Shown: positions 1-8,222 of the stretch, in pieces
How the letters are laid out: every line of letters starts with the position of its first letter
Position numbering within the stretch: position 1 is the stretch's first letter
Virus record (IMG/VR): IMGVR_UViG_3300037512_001384
Coordinates: 6,442 to 70,441 of that record
DNA from: a virus
Direction: 5' to 3' (one strand)
Length of the DNA: 64,000 nucleotides
Program-made: the position numbers and the translations under genes
The notes under the pieces: generated by a model
Databases searched by the model: none
What the model was told of the DNA's origin: nothing
What the model saw: the letters and a program-made list of their open reading frames with translations, nothing else

Positions 1-567
1 CAGGTCGCTCAGTTCCAGATTATGACCCGTGGCTTGATTCAGCTCGCCATACGTAGCGGTCAGTACCTCAGAATAACCAACGCCGTTGTACATGAGGGAG
101 AGCTTGTGAAGTATAACCCCTTCACTGATGACTACGAGTTTGACCCGACCAAACGCACAAGCGACAAGGTTATCGGTTATATGGCATACTTCCGTATGGT
201 TGACGGATATGAGAAGTATTTCTATATGACTGAGGCTGAAGTCCTGGCTCATGGCAAGAAATACTCCAAGTCTTTCAACTCCGGTCCTTGGAAGGACAAC
301 ACAGAGGCTATGTGTCTCAAGACCGTGATGAAGTTGCTCCTCTCCAAGTTCGGTATCCTGTCTATCGAGATGCAGCGTGCCATCAAGTATGACCAGGGTA
401 TCGCTAAGGGTGACTTCACTCAGATGGGTAGCGTCGAGGAGATTGACAATGCTGAAGTGGAATATGTCGATAACCCGGAAGAGAACAACAAGCCCGTTGA
501 AGAGAGCGCAGACAACAAGAAGGAAAGGATGCGCAAGGAAAAGAAGGAGAAACCGGAAATGCCGTAA
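1..567 (+). CDS. recT: RecT-family single-strand annealing protein (5' end cut by window edge)
   Basis: Open frame runs from nt 1. Shows RecT-like blocks (GLIQLAIRSGQ, VIGYMAYFRMVDGYEKYFYMTEAEV, SGPWKDNTEAMCLKT) and a K/E-rich tail. Confidence 0.75.
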   Translation, partial: QVAQFQIMTRGLIQLAIRSGQYLRITNAVVHEGELVKYNPFTDDYEFDPTKRTSDKVIGYMAYFRMVDGYEKYFYMTEAEVLAHGKKYSKSFNSGPWKDNTEAMCLKTVMKLLLSKFGILSIEMQRAIKYDQGIAKGDFTQMGSVEEIDNAEVEYVDNPEENNKPVEESADNKKERMRKEKKEKPEMP

Positions 568-570
568 CGC

Positions 571-2658
571 ATGAACAAATACAGCAGCTACACTCCCGAT
601 GAGATGGATAACCTCCTGTCAGGTTATCTCATCGATTCATGGTCATACAGTAAGGTCAACACCTTCGCCCGTAACGAGAAGCAGTTTGAGAAGAACTTCG
701 TCTATCTCGAACCGGACAAACGCAGTATAAGCTCCATTGCCGGTAACGCCTATCACGAGGCGTTGAGGGTTTTCTTCATGGGCTACAATGAAGGTGCGAA
801 GAAGCCGGATCTTGTGGAGTTGTCAACGGTGGCATATAACTACATAGATGATGTTGACGCTAACACATGGAAGCTCAGTGATACTTATCCTTCCGTTGAC
901 CAGGCAAGAGAGCAATGTATCAAGATTGTCACTCTTCTGATTCAGAACTTCTGCGGCGAGTATGGTATCTATACCGACCATATAGCTGAGGTTCTGTCCG
1001 TCGAGGTCAAGGAAGAGTCTCTGGTGGTCTGCAACGGTGTCGATATCCCATTACCTCTGCATTATATTGCAGACCTTGTGATACGCACAAAGGACGGAAA
1101 GGTTGTCATCATAGACCATAAGAGCAAAAGCGCCTATACCGGTGACGATGAGGTCTCTCTTGTGCATGGTCAGCAGGCTATCGCTTACGTACTCGGATAT
1201 GAGCAGCATGACGAGAAGGATGACCGCCATGTAGATGAGGTCTGGTTCATCGAGAATAAGTATTCCAAGAACAAGAACGGCAGCGAGCAGCTTCGTCTGC
1301 ACCGTTTCGTGATGGATGAGGACTCACGCAAATTGCATGAGTATTATCTCTATCAGCCTCTTCGTCGTATGATAGAAGCTGTGGCTGATCCTGACTACAT
1401 CTACACAATCAACGCATCTGACAACCTTGCTGACAAGGCAGAGCTTTACGAGTTCTCGGCACGCACTCTGATTGCAGAGGTTGATGACTTCCCCAATATC
1501 CCGGAAAGGAAGAAGCCTCTGATAGAGAAACGTCAGCGTAAAATCAAGGACTCCAGCATCGCGATGATTTCACCGCGAGTCATACGTTCATTCAGAAAGA
1601 ATGCAGCATCGTTTATTACTTTCGACTATTCGCATAGCAATATGACAAACAAAGAAAAAATCGAACATAAGTTCCGTACCTTCGGCAAACAGGTTCAGGT
1701 AAGCCATGAGATAGAAGGATTCTCATGTAACACCTATCTGTGTGAGGTGGCGGCAGGCATACCCATCGCTTCTCTTAAGACATACGCGAAGGATATCGCT
1801 TACGCTCTTGATGTTCCGTCAGTACGTGTCGCTCAGGACCTGGTGGTACATGAAGGACGTTCTTATCTTTCCATAGAAGTGAGTAAGAAGAGTTCCGAGA
1901 TACTGGCATGGGATGCCAAATATCTTGAGGGTCATCGCATACCTCTCGGACTTGACAACTTCAAAGAGCCGGTAATATGGGATTTGGAGAACCATTCCAC
2001 TCCGCACATGCTTGTCTGTGGTGCTACCGGTTCCGGAAAATCCGTTCTTATCCGCTCTACTATCGCCTATGCCCTTCTCGCCAAGATGCGCGTTATCATC
2101 ATGGATCCCAAATACGAGTTCTCTGCATTCTCAGACAGATGTGAGGTTCATTCGGATATCGCAGACATAGAGAAACGCATGAAGGAACTTGTTGAGGAGA
2201 TGCAAGCCCGCAAGGGTACTTTCGGCGGTCTCACACTGATAGTATTCGATGAGTTCGCTGATGCAGTTTCATCGGCTCGTTCCGGCAAGGAGCTTGACAT
2301 CAGAGAGGAAGTGACAGTCGGTGAGTATAAGGATGGCAGACCGAAGAAGGAGTGGATTGTCACAGGACGTGACAAGAGTCTGGAAGAGAACCTGCAGATG
2401 CTCCTGCAGAAAGGTCGTTCTCTTGGTTATCGCATCCTGTCTGCCACACAGAGAGCTTCAGCCAAGGTTATCACAGGTGACGCCAAGGTCAATTTCCCAT
2501 GTATCTGTTGTTTCAGAGTACCCAAGGCTCTTGACAGTAAGGTTGTGATTGATGAGGATGGCGCACAAGCCCTTGCCGGTAACGGTGACGGACTGTTCAA
2601 GTCGCCTGAGTACATGGATCGTCTCGTGCGATTCCAGGGATTCTTCTATAAAGGATAA
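571..2658 (+). CDS. RecB-family PD-(D/E)xK nuclease fused to FtsK/SpoIIIE-like ATPase domain
   Basis: N-terminal half has GNAYHEAL, a D...IIDHKSKS PD-(D/E)xK core and a QQAIAYVLGY QxxxY motif (Cas4/RecB-like). C-terminal half has Walker A CGATGSGKS, Walker B LIVFDEFAD and an FtsK-like SATQRAS...FPCICCFRV block. One continuous 695-aa ORF placed directly after recT. Confidence 0.75.
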   Translation: MNKYSSYTPDEMDNLLSGYLIDSWSYSKVNTFARNEKQFEKNFVYLEPDKRSISSIAGNAYHEALRVFFMGYNEGAKKPDLVELSTVAYNYIDDVDANTWKLSDTYPSVDQAREQCIKIVTLLIQNFCGEYGIYTDHIAEVLSVEVKEESLVVCNGVDIPLPLHYIADLVIRTKDGKVVIIDHKSKSAYTGDDEVSLVHGQQAIAYVLGYEQHDEKDDRHVDEVWFIENKYSKNKNGSEQLRLHRFVMDEDSRKLHEYYLYQPLRRMIEAVADPDYIYTINASDNLADKAELYEFSARTLIAEVDDFPNIPERKKPLIEKRQRKIKDSSIAMISPRVIRSFRKNAASFITFDYSHSNMTNKEKIEHKFRTFGKQVQVSHEIEGFSCNTYLCEVAAGIPIASLKTYAKDIAYALDVPSVRVAQDLVVHEGRSYLSIEVSKKSSEILAWDAKYLEGHRIPLGLDNFKEPVIWDLENHSTPHMLVCGATGSGKSVLIRSTIAYALLAKMRVIIMDPKYEFSAFSDRCEVHSDIADIEKRMKELVEEMQARKGTFGGLTLIVFDEFADAVSSARSGKELDIREEVTVGEYKDGRPKKEWIVTGRDKSLEENLQMLLQKGRSLGYRILSATQRASAKVITGDAKVNFPCICCFRVPKALDSKVVIDEDGAQALAGNGDGLFKSPEYMDRLVRFQGFFYKG

Positions 2659-2663
2659 TCAAT

Positions 2664-3068
2664 ATGCAAGCAACTGGTAAGATTATAGCAATACTTGAAC
2701 CGCGTTCTGGCATTGCAAAGGCATCGGGCAATCCTTGGTTTATCCAAGGGTTCGTGCTTCAGACCGAAGAGCAATATCCGAAAAAGATACCATTTGAGGT
2801 ATCCGGTGAGGATAGAGTCAAGAACTTCAATATCCAAAAGGGTGAGACGCTGACCATCAGCTTCGATATTGACGCGAAAGAATGGAATGGAAAATGGATT
2901 CCTTCTATTCGATGCTTCAATATATCTCGTGGTGACGGTCAGCAGCAAGCAGCTCCGGCTCAAACGCAGAATCAGCAACCCGCACAACATGCTGCACCTG
3001 CACCGCAGGCACCGCCACCTGATCCGTTAGAGACCCAGGGAGGTGCAGATGATGATGTCCCCTTCTGA
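2664..3068 (+). CDS. SSB-like OB-fold protein (DUF3127-like) with SSB-type acidic C-terminal tip DDDVPF
   Basis: 134-aa ORF. MQATGKIIAILEPRSG...NPW...FDIDAKEWNGKW pattern, a Q/P/A-rich linker, and a terminal DDDVPF resembling the bacterial SSB C-terminus (DDDIPF). Confidence 0.6.
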   Translation: MQATGKIIAILEPRSGIAKASGNPWFIQGFVLQTEEQYPKKIPFEVSGEDRVKNFNIQKGETLTISFDIDAKEWNGKWIPSIRCFNISRGDGQQQAAPAQTQNQQPAQHAAPAPQAPPPDPLETQGGADDDVPF

Positions 3069-3103
3069 TTAGGATATGTCATTCATAGCCCGGTTAGGCT
3101 TGG

Positions 3104-3418
3104 TTGTCTCTCCGGGCACTAAAAGTGTTTTACATGAACGCAATAGATTTCACTCAGAAATACTCCTATGAGTTCATCCTTAAGCCTCCTCAAACCCTCG
3201 ATTATGAGGAATACAATGTTGATTGGTTCCTCACCCCTCGCGGTGACATGATGTGCAGGCGCGGCGGTTATGAAATATCGTCAGACATTCTGAACCGCCA
3301 ACACTGGCTGTGGTTTCTTGCAGAAAAACGTTGGTTTGACGCCAACACATTTCTTCCCGCCTATTTTGAGGCTTGTCGCAGAGCTGGGATAGAGAAAATT
3401 GAGATGAGGATAAGGTAA
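3104..3418 (+). CDS. hypothetical protein
   Basis: 104-aa ORF in the plus-strand operon with no recognisable motifs. Confidence 0.4.
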   Translation: MSLRALKVFYMNAIDFTQKYSYEFILKPPQTLDYEEYNVDWFLTPRGDMMCRRGGYEISSDILNRQHWLWFLAEKRWFDANTFLPAYFEACRRAGIEKIEMRIR

Positions 3419-3424
3419 TTAACA

Positions 3425-4258
3425 ATGAAAGATTCATTTGTTTTTCATAAAGACTGGTACTTAGCCTTAAAAGGGTTAGACGTTCAAGACAAAGTTGAGG
3501 TCTATGAAGCTATAATGAGCAAAATATTTGATGGTGTAGATAAGAAACTTTCGCCTGTTGCACAGATGGCAATGAATTTTATTTCGCCACAAATTGAAAG
3601 GGATGTTGAACGTTATAATTCCATTTGTGAGCAACGCAAACTATTTGGTAGTAAGGGCGGTATAGCAAAAGCTACCAAAAGCTACCAAAAGGTAGCAAAA
3701 GGTAGCAAAAGCAAGCAAAAGGTGGCAAGTGTAGCTGATAATGATAATAATATATCATCTTCTACTAACGTAGAATCTGATAATGATATTATAGATATAG
3801 AAGTAAAAGATAAATCTTTTCCTTCTAAGAAAAAAAATAAATTATTTATACCGCCTACATTAAACGAAGTAGAGGCGTATGTAAAAGAAAAAGGCTATCA
3901 TTTCAGCGCCAAGGCATTCTTTGACTATTACGAAGCGGATGACTGGCATTACGGCAAAGGCAGTAATAGAACAAAGATATCGAACTGGAAGCGCTGTTGT
4001 GCCACATGGGAGGAGCGGCGTACTACAAGTAATAATATACCTCGTGAACCCGCATCGTTGTTTGATAACCATACTCCCGAACCGGAAGACGAACAGACTT
4101 TATTACAGAAAGCATACGAAGAACTGAACGACACCCAGGAGGCTGAGATATACGGAATGGTCCCCTATGAGTTTCACATGCTGAATGAGAACGGCAAGAA
4201 ATATTGGCGCGAAGTTTACAAGGAAAAGATGCTTGATTGGATCAAGAGCAACAGATGA
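3425..4258 (+). CDS. putative replication initiator (lambda O-like organisation; lysine-rich repeat linker)
   Basis: 277-aa ORF immediately upstream of the primase-helicase, stop overlapping its start (ATGA). Contains an in-gene 10-bp iteron array followed by an AT-rich stretch. C-terminal W-rich block (AFFDYYEADDWHYGKG...NWKRCCATWEER) resembles phage replication-protein C-terminal domains. Confidence 0.45.
   Translation: MKDSFVFHKDWYLALKGLDVQDKVEVYEAIMSKIFDGVDKKLSPVAQMAMNFISPQIERDVERYNSICEQRKLFGSKGGIAKATKSYQKVAKGSKSKQKVASVADNDNNISSSTNVESDNDIIDIEVKDKSFPSKKKNKLFIPPTLNEVEAYVKEKGYHFSAKAFFDYYEADDWHYGKGSNRTKISNWKRCCATWEERRTTSNNIPREPASLFDNHTPEPEDEQTLLQKAYEELNDTQEAEIYGMVPYEFHMLNENGKKYWREVYKEKMLDWIKSNR
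3661..3730. repeat. 10-bp iterons GCTACCAAAA x2 then inverted GGTAGCAAAA x2 (+2 degenerate copies) inside the initiator gene; candidate origin
   Basis: Read directly: aaagctaccaaaagctaccaaaaggtagcaaaaggtagcaaaagcaagcaaaaggtggcaag. GCTACC and GGTAGC are reverse complements. Followed by an ~80% AT stretch at 3735-3860. Confidence 0.6.
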
Positions 4259-6150
4259 GCGACAATATTCTTTATGTAGAGGATTTCAGACACGTCTTAG
4301 GCAGCAGGTCATCAGGTAACATAAAAACCTTCTGTCCTTTCTGCCATGAGAATCGTGGAAACAAGAGGGATAAATCCCTTTCGATAAACTGCGCGACCCT
4401 GGCATATAACTGCCATTATTGCGGTGCGAGCGGTTATCTGAAATCCCGGCATGAGGAAATGATGCGGAGAATAGACAGGGAAACAAGACAGATGTCCAAG
4501 ACTTATCGCAAACCCTCGGTCAAGCCCAACCTTCAACCTAAGCTCAATGCGGACATGGTTGAGTATTTCAAAGGGCGCGGCATCAGCGAGAAGACACTTC
4601 TTGAGGCGAAGGTCACAAAGGAGAATTTCTTTTTCCCGCAAGACAATTGCAAGCGCGGATGTATCGCTTTCAACTACTATGTTGATGACGAGCATATCAA
4701 CACCAAATATCGCACAAGGGACAAGCATTTCGCATTCATTGCCGGTGCCAAGGTAGTCCCCTATAACATAGACAGCATAAGAGAGAGCGCATTCAAGAAG
4801 GGTGAAAAGAAAATCTGCATCATCACTGAAGGTGAAGCGGATACTCTCACTTATATCGAATGCGGCTATAAGCATGTCATATCCATGCCGTCCGGTGCTA
4901 ACACCAATCTGGAATGGATGGATGACTTCACCGAATCCCACTTTGATAAACTTGAACTGATTTATGTATCGACAGACAGTGACAAGAAGGGTGTTGAAGC
5001 CAAGAATGAGATAGTACGAAGGTTTGGAGCTGAAGTATGTAAGATAGTTGAGTATCCGGAAGACTGCAAGGATATAAACGAGGTTCTTGTCAAATATGGA
5101 CCGGAGAAGGTAAAGGAATGCTTCGAGGGTGCTGCGGATATTAGAATCCAAGGTGTCGAGGAACTTGTTGACATAGAGTCAGACCTTGACAACCTGTTTA
5201 CTTCGGGACTTCAAAAGGGAGTAACCCTGGGATTGGAGGATATGGATAAACTTCTGTCCTTCAATACCGGAATGGTGACGGTCGTTACAGGAATCCCTTC
5301 GCACGGCAAAACCCAATGGTTGAATTTCGCTCTGATCAGACTCAATATCCTTCACTCATGGAAGGTGGCGTTCTTCTCTCCTGAGTTCTATCCTGTAGCG
5401 CTGCATATATCCCAAATCATAGAGACGCTTGGAGGTAAAAGGTTCTCATCCCAGAACTATACGCCTCAGACTTACGGCATCCTGAAGGAGTATGTCAACA
5501 AGAATTTCTTTTGGGTGGATCCTGATGACACGGATATAAGCTCAGTCTTGGACAGAGCCAAGTTCCTCATCCGCAAGAGAGGTATCAAGGCGTTTGTGAT
5601 TGACCCTTTCAATTCGCTGACAGACGAGAAGCGAACGATATACAAGCAGGATGAATATATTTCGGACTTCCTGCAGAAGATACGATGGTTCGCCAGGAAG
5701 TATGACGTTGCAATGTTCATCGTCATGCATCCCACCAAACAATACAAGCAGGATAACGGCTTATATCCGGTCTGTGACCTGTACTCATGTAAGGGTGCAT
5801 CTGAGATATACGACAAGGCTGATATCGGCATCACCGTATGGAGAAACGAGCAGGGTAATTACGGTGAGGTGCATGTGACCAAGATGAAGTTCCGTCACAT
5901 GGGACAGAAAGGACATGACACTTTCGTCTATAACTTCAATAACGCCCGGTTCGTTGAGATTCCCACTATGGACGCGAAGCGTGTGGCTCCCGACATGGAT
6001 AAAGTGAAGTGGGATAACAGCAATTATGTAATTGAGAATATCAAGACGCAGCAGAATCAGCAGGAATTGGATTTTGGAGCGGAGCAGCCGGAAACACCAC
6101 ATAATGAAAAACCCTTTGATGCGCCGATAGACGAAGATATCCCGTTCTGA
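4255..6150 (+). CDS. bifunctional DNA primase (Zn-finger + TOPRIM) / DnaB-like helicase
   Basis: CPFCHENRGNKRDKSLSINCATLAYNCHYCG zinc finger; TOPRIM ICIITEGEADTL; Walker A GIPSHGKTQW; Walker B AFVIDPFNSL. ATG at 4255 overlaps the upstream stop (an in-frame ATG at 4237 is the alternative start). C-terminus ends in an SSB-like DEDIPF. Confidence 0.85.
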   Translation: MSDNILYVEDFRHVLGSRSSGNIKTFCPFCHENRGNKRDKSLSINCATLAYNCHYCGASGYLKSRHEEMMRRIDRETRQMSKTYRKPSVKPNLQPKLNADMVEYFKGRGISEKTLLEAKVTKENFFFPQDNCKRGCIAFNYYVDDEHINTKYRTRDKHFAFIAGAKVVPYNIDSIRESAFKKGEKKICIITEGEADTLTYIECGYKHVISMPSGANTNLEWMDDFTESHFDKLELIYVSTDSDKKGVEAKNEIVRRFGAEVCKIVEYPEDCKDINEVLVKYGPEKVKECFEGAADIRIQGVEELVDIESDLDNLFTSGLQKGVTLGLEDMDKLLSFNTGMVTVVTGIPSHGKTQWLNFALIRLNILHSWKVAFFSPEFYPVALHISQIIETLGGKRFSSQNYTPQTYGILKEYVNKNFFWVDPDDTDISSVLDRAKFLIRKRGIKAFVIDPFNSLTDEKRTIYKQDEYISDFLQKIRWFARKYDVAMFIVMHPTKQYKQDNGLYPVCDLYSCKGASEIYDKADIGITVWRNEQGNYGEVHVTKMKFRHMGQKGHDTFVYNFNNARFVEIPTMDAKRVAPDMDKVKWDNSNYVIENIKTQQNQQELDFGAEQPETPHNEKPFDAPIDEDIPF

Positions 6151-6162
6151 TCAAGACATACT

Positions 6163-6175
6163 TTATAGGCATATT
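6163..6175. repeat. left inverted repeat of MTase inverton (TTATAGGCATATT)
   Basis: Perfect 13-bp reverse complement of 6692-6704; 18/20 match when extended. Confidence 0.8.
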
Positions 6176-6688
6176 ATATTTCTTAGAGCCATGCATTATG
6201 GTATCCTTGCGACCGTCATAACCGGTTGCTATCTCCTGTATGGCTTCATGGTCAAAGAAATACTTCTCCTGTTTTGACATCAGGAATATATATTCATGTG
6301 CCTTCGTACAGCGGTCTTTGATGCTTTCGGGCTGCGGATTCAGCTTATGCCAGATGATGTCATTTCTCAGACGGAATCCGATACGGTCTCTTAGTGCGAA
6401 AGCCGCCATCCAGGGAATACCGATAAGACTTTTTGCATTGTCATAGCTATCTCCGAGGTTCAGCCAGAGCGTTCCTTCCGGTTTAAGAACGCGAAACACT
6501 TCCGTGAATACTTCGGTGAGTCTGTCGATATACTCTTCTGGTGACTTCTCCAGACCTATCTGACCGTCAATACCGTAGTCTCGCAGATTGAAATATGGCG
6601 GTGAGGTGACACAGCAATCAACGCAGTTGTCAGGAAGGCTTTTCATTCCGGTGAGGCAGTCTTCATTGAAAACTTTGTTGATTTCCAT
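6163..6688 (-). CDS. N6/N4 DNA methyltransferase, 5' half (MEINK...DPPY...HEYIFLMSK), inverted relative to its 3' half
   Basis: Minus-strand ATG at 6686-6688. Carries MEINKVFNEDCLTGMKSLPDNCVDCCVTSPPY, IIWHKLNP and HEYIFLMSKQEKYFFD (PF01555-like N-terminal and middle regions). As it stands, the frame runs on antisense into the primase 3' end down to 6041. Confidence 0.75.
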
Positions 6689-6691
6689 TAC

Positions 6692-6704
6692 AATATGCCT
6701 ATAA
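6692..6704. repeat. right inverted repeat of MTase inverton (AATATGCCTATAA)
   Basis: Perfect 13-bp reverse complement of 6163-6175. In both orientations it encodes residues N-M-P-I in frame. Confidence 0.8.
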
Positions 6705-7108
6705 TGCCTTCGGGTAACAGGCAGACGATGGCTACGCACGGGCATCAGCGATGGAGGTTCAAGAACCTTCAGGATGATGGACAGCAACCCAATTCGATGC
6801 ATATCAGACGTGCTGCCGGATTGCCGGACCAGCAATATCCGGTCAGAAACAAAAGGGATGTATGGAGTGTAGCCACCAAACCTGAGAAGGCGGCTCATTT
6901 CGCTGTCTATCCCGAAGAGCTCATCAGACCTTGCATCCTTGCCGGATGTCCGAAAGGTGGCCTGGTGCTTGACCCGTTTATGGGAAGTGGCACGACAGCC
7001 AGGGTCGCCCGTAAGTACAATCGCAACTTCATAGGGTATGAACTGAACCCTGAATATATCAAGATTATCAATCAGAAGACGGTGGTGACACCGGACTTGT
7101 TCTCATAG
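6692..7108 (+). CDS. N6/N4 DNA methyltransferase, 3' half (HFAVYPEEL...DPFMGSGTT...), in frame with the right inverted repeat
   Basis: DVWSVATKPEKAAHFAVYPEELIRP and the motif-I VLDPFMGSGTTARVARKYNRNFIGYELNPEY match the C-terminal half of a beta-class MTase. The ORF is open from the IR; the first ATG is at 6695. Confidence 0.75.
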   Translation, partial: NMPIMPSGNRQTMATHGHQRWRFKNLQDDGQQPNSMHIRRAAGLPDQQYPVRNKRDVWSVATKPEKAAHFAVYPEELIRPCILAGCPKGGLVLDPFMGSGTTARVARKYNRNFIGYELNPEYIKIINQKTVVTPDLFS

Positions 7109-7138
7109 AAACCTATTGTTTAACTAAATATCTATAGT

Positions 7139-7648
7139 ATGGCAGGTTTAAGAAGTAGAAGTGGTTTTTGGATGGAAGCAACCATCGAGATCACAGAGAC
7201 AACCCCCAAAGGGTTGCCAAAGACAGTGAGAGAACGCTACACAGTTGAGGCAGCGTCATTCATTGACGGTGAGGAGAGAATCCGCAAGGAGCTCAACTAC
7301 TCCAACCGTCCTATCAAGACCGTGAGCGGTATGTTGCGCCCCAAGTACGGTGAGATTTGTTTCTCTGATGACGCAGCAGCTGAGAACTGGTACAAGGTTA
7401 AGGTTGATATGAAGGAGGAGGTAGAGGTAAGAACCCGTAAGGGTGGCACCCGCACCAAGACCAAGACCGTATCGCACTATTATCTTGTCCAGTCTGACTC
7501 CAACGAGAACGCTCGCAAGGCAATCGGTGACGAGATTTACAAGGGTTCAAACGCCGACTATGAGATAGCCGATGTCGTGAAGACCCGTATCCTGGATGTG
7601 CTGGAGAAGGATAAGCATCTGAAGAGTGCTGAGAAAAAGGAAAATTAA
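7139..7648 (+). CDS. hypothetical protein
   Basis: 169-aa ORF followed by a strong terminator. Confidence 0.5.
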   Translation: MAGLRSRSGFWMEATIEITETTPKGLPKTVRERYTVEAASFIDGEERIRKELNYSNRPIKTVSGMLRPKYGEICFSDDAAAENWYKVKVDMKEEVEVRTRKGGTRTKTKTVSHYYLVQSDSNENARKAIGDEIYKGSNADYEIADVVKTRILDVLEKDKHLKSAEKKEN

Positions 7649-7670
7649 CCGTACACCATTTTGTTGTTGG

Positions 7671-7712
7671 AAAGCCCTATGCCGTGCCATTGCGGTGTAG
7701 GGCTTTCTTTTT
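7671..7712 (+). terminator. rho-independent terminator
   Basis: AAAGCCCTA...TAGGGCTTT stem followed by CTTTTT. Confidence 0.7.
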
Positions 7713-7722
7713 GAGAGAAGGG

Positions 7723-8202
7723 ATGAATACGTATGTAATTACTTTATCACAGACTTTCCCTGTGACACATAAACGCGCCGGTGAGCCCACCGACTTCGAG
7801 CATAAGTTCACCGCCGCGACCCACAAGTGGCTTGACCATTGGTGGAAGCGTCATACCATTCGTGCCAATTACGAATTATGGCGTAAGCGCTTTGAAAAGA
7901 TAGATGCCGGTCAAGCCCAGCTGTCTATACGTCAGTGGTCAGGTAAGCCTTACGCTTCCAAACAGGTTCAACTGGCTGTGCTCACCAAAGCTGACGGCAT
8001 CGGAATACAGAAACTGCAGTTCGATGTTGACAGGGATGGTATGCATTCCTTGAACCTGATAGAGATTGACGGCAAATCCGTAAGCAAGGAGCTTCTGGCA
8101 TATAACGATGGGTTGAAAATTGAGGATTGGATGGAATGGTTCCGTCGGTATGACCTCTCCAAACCTCTGGCTGTAATTCATTTCACAAGCATCAGGTATT
8201 AA
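7723..8202 (+). CDS. hypothetical protein
   Basis: ORF MNTYVITLSQ... starting just after the terminator (track gives 7684; the first ATG after the hairpin is 7723). Confidence 0.45.
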   Translation: MNTYVITLSQTFPVTHKRAGEPTDFEHKFTAATHKWLDHWWKRHTIRANYELWRKRFEKIDAGQAQLSIRQWSGKPYASKQVQLAVLTKADGIGIQKLQFDVDRDGMHSLNLIEIDGKSVSKELLAYNDGLKIEDWMEWFRRYDLSKPLAVIHFTSIRY

Positions 8203-8222
8203 CGATTATATCTGTCTGGGTT

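Larger units (their letters stand above)
6163..6704. other. invertible DNA segment (inverton) carrying the 5' half of a DNA methyltransferase gene, currently in the disrupted (OFF) orientation
   Basis: The MTase N-terminal half (start codon 3 nt inside the right IR) lies on the minus strand, while the C-terminal half follows on the plus strand right after the IR. Inverting 6163-6704 in silico gives one in-frame ~309-aa beta-class MTase beginning 27 nt after the primase stop. Confidence 0.75.

Noticed and set aside
4312-5151. 279-aa minus-strand ORF inside the primase-helicase gene
   Set aside because: Fully antisense to a strongly supported coding region with clear motifs; no motif content of its own.
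6041-6898. 285-aa minus-strand ORF from the six-frame track
   Set aside because: It is an artefact of the inverton state: antisense of the MTase 3' half, then the true MTase N-terminal half (MEINK at 6688), then read-through into the antisense of the primase 3' end. The real unit is the 6163-6688 fragment.
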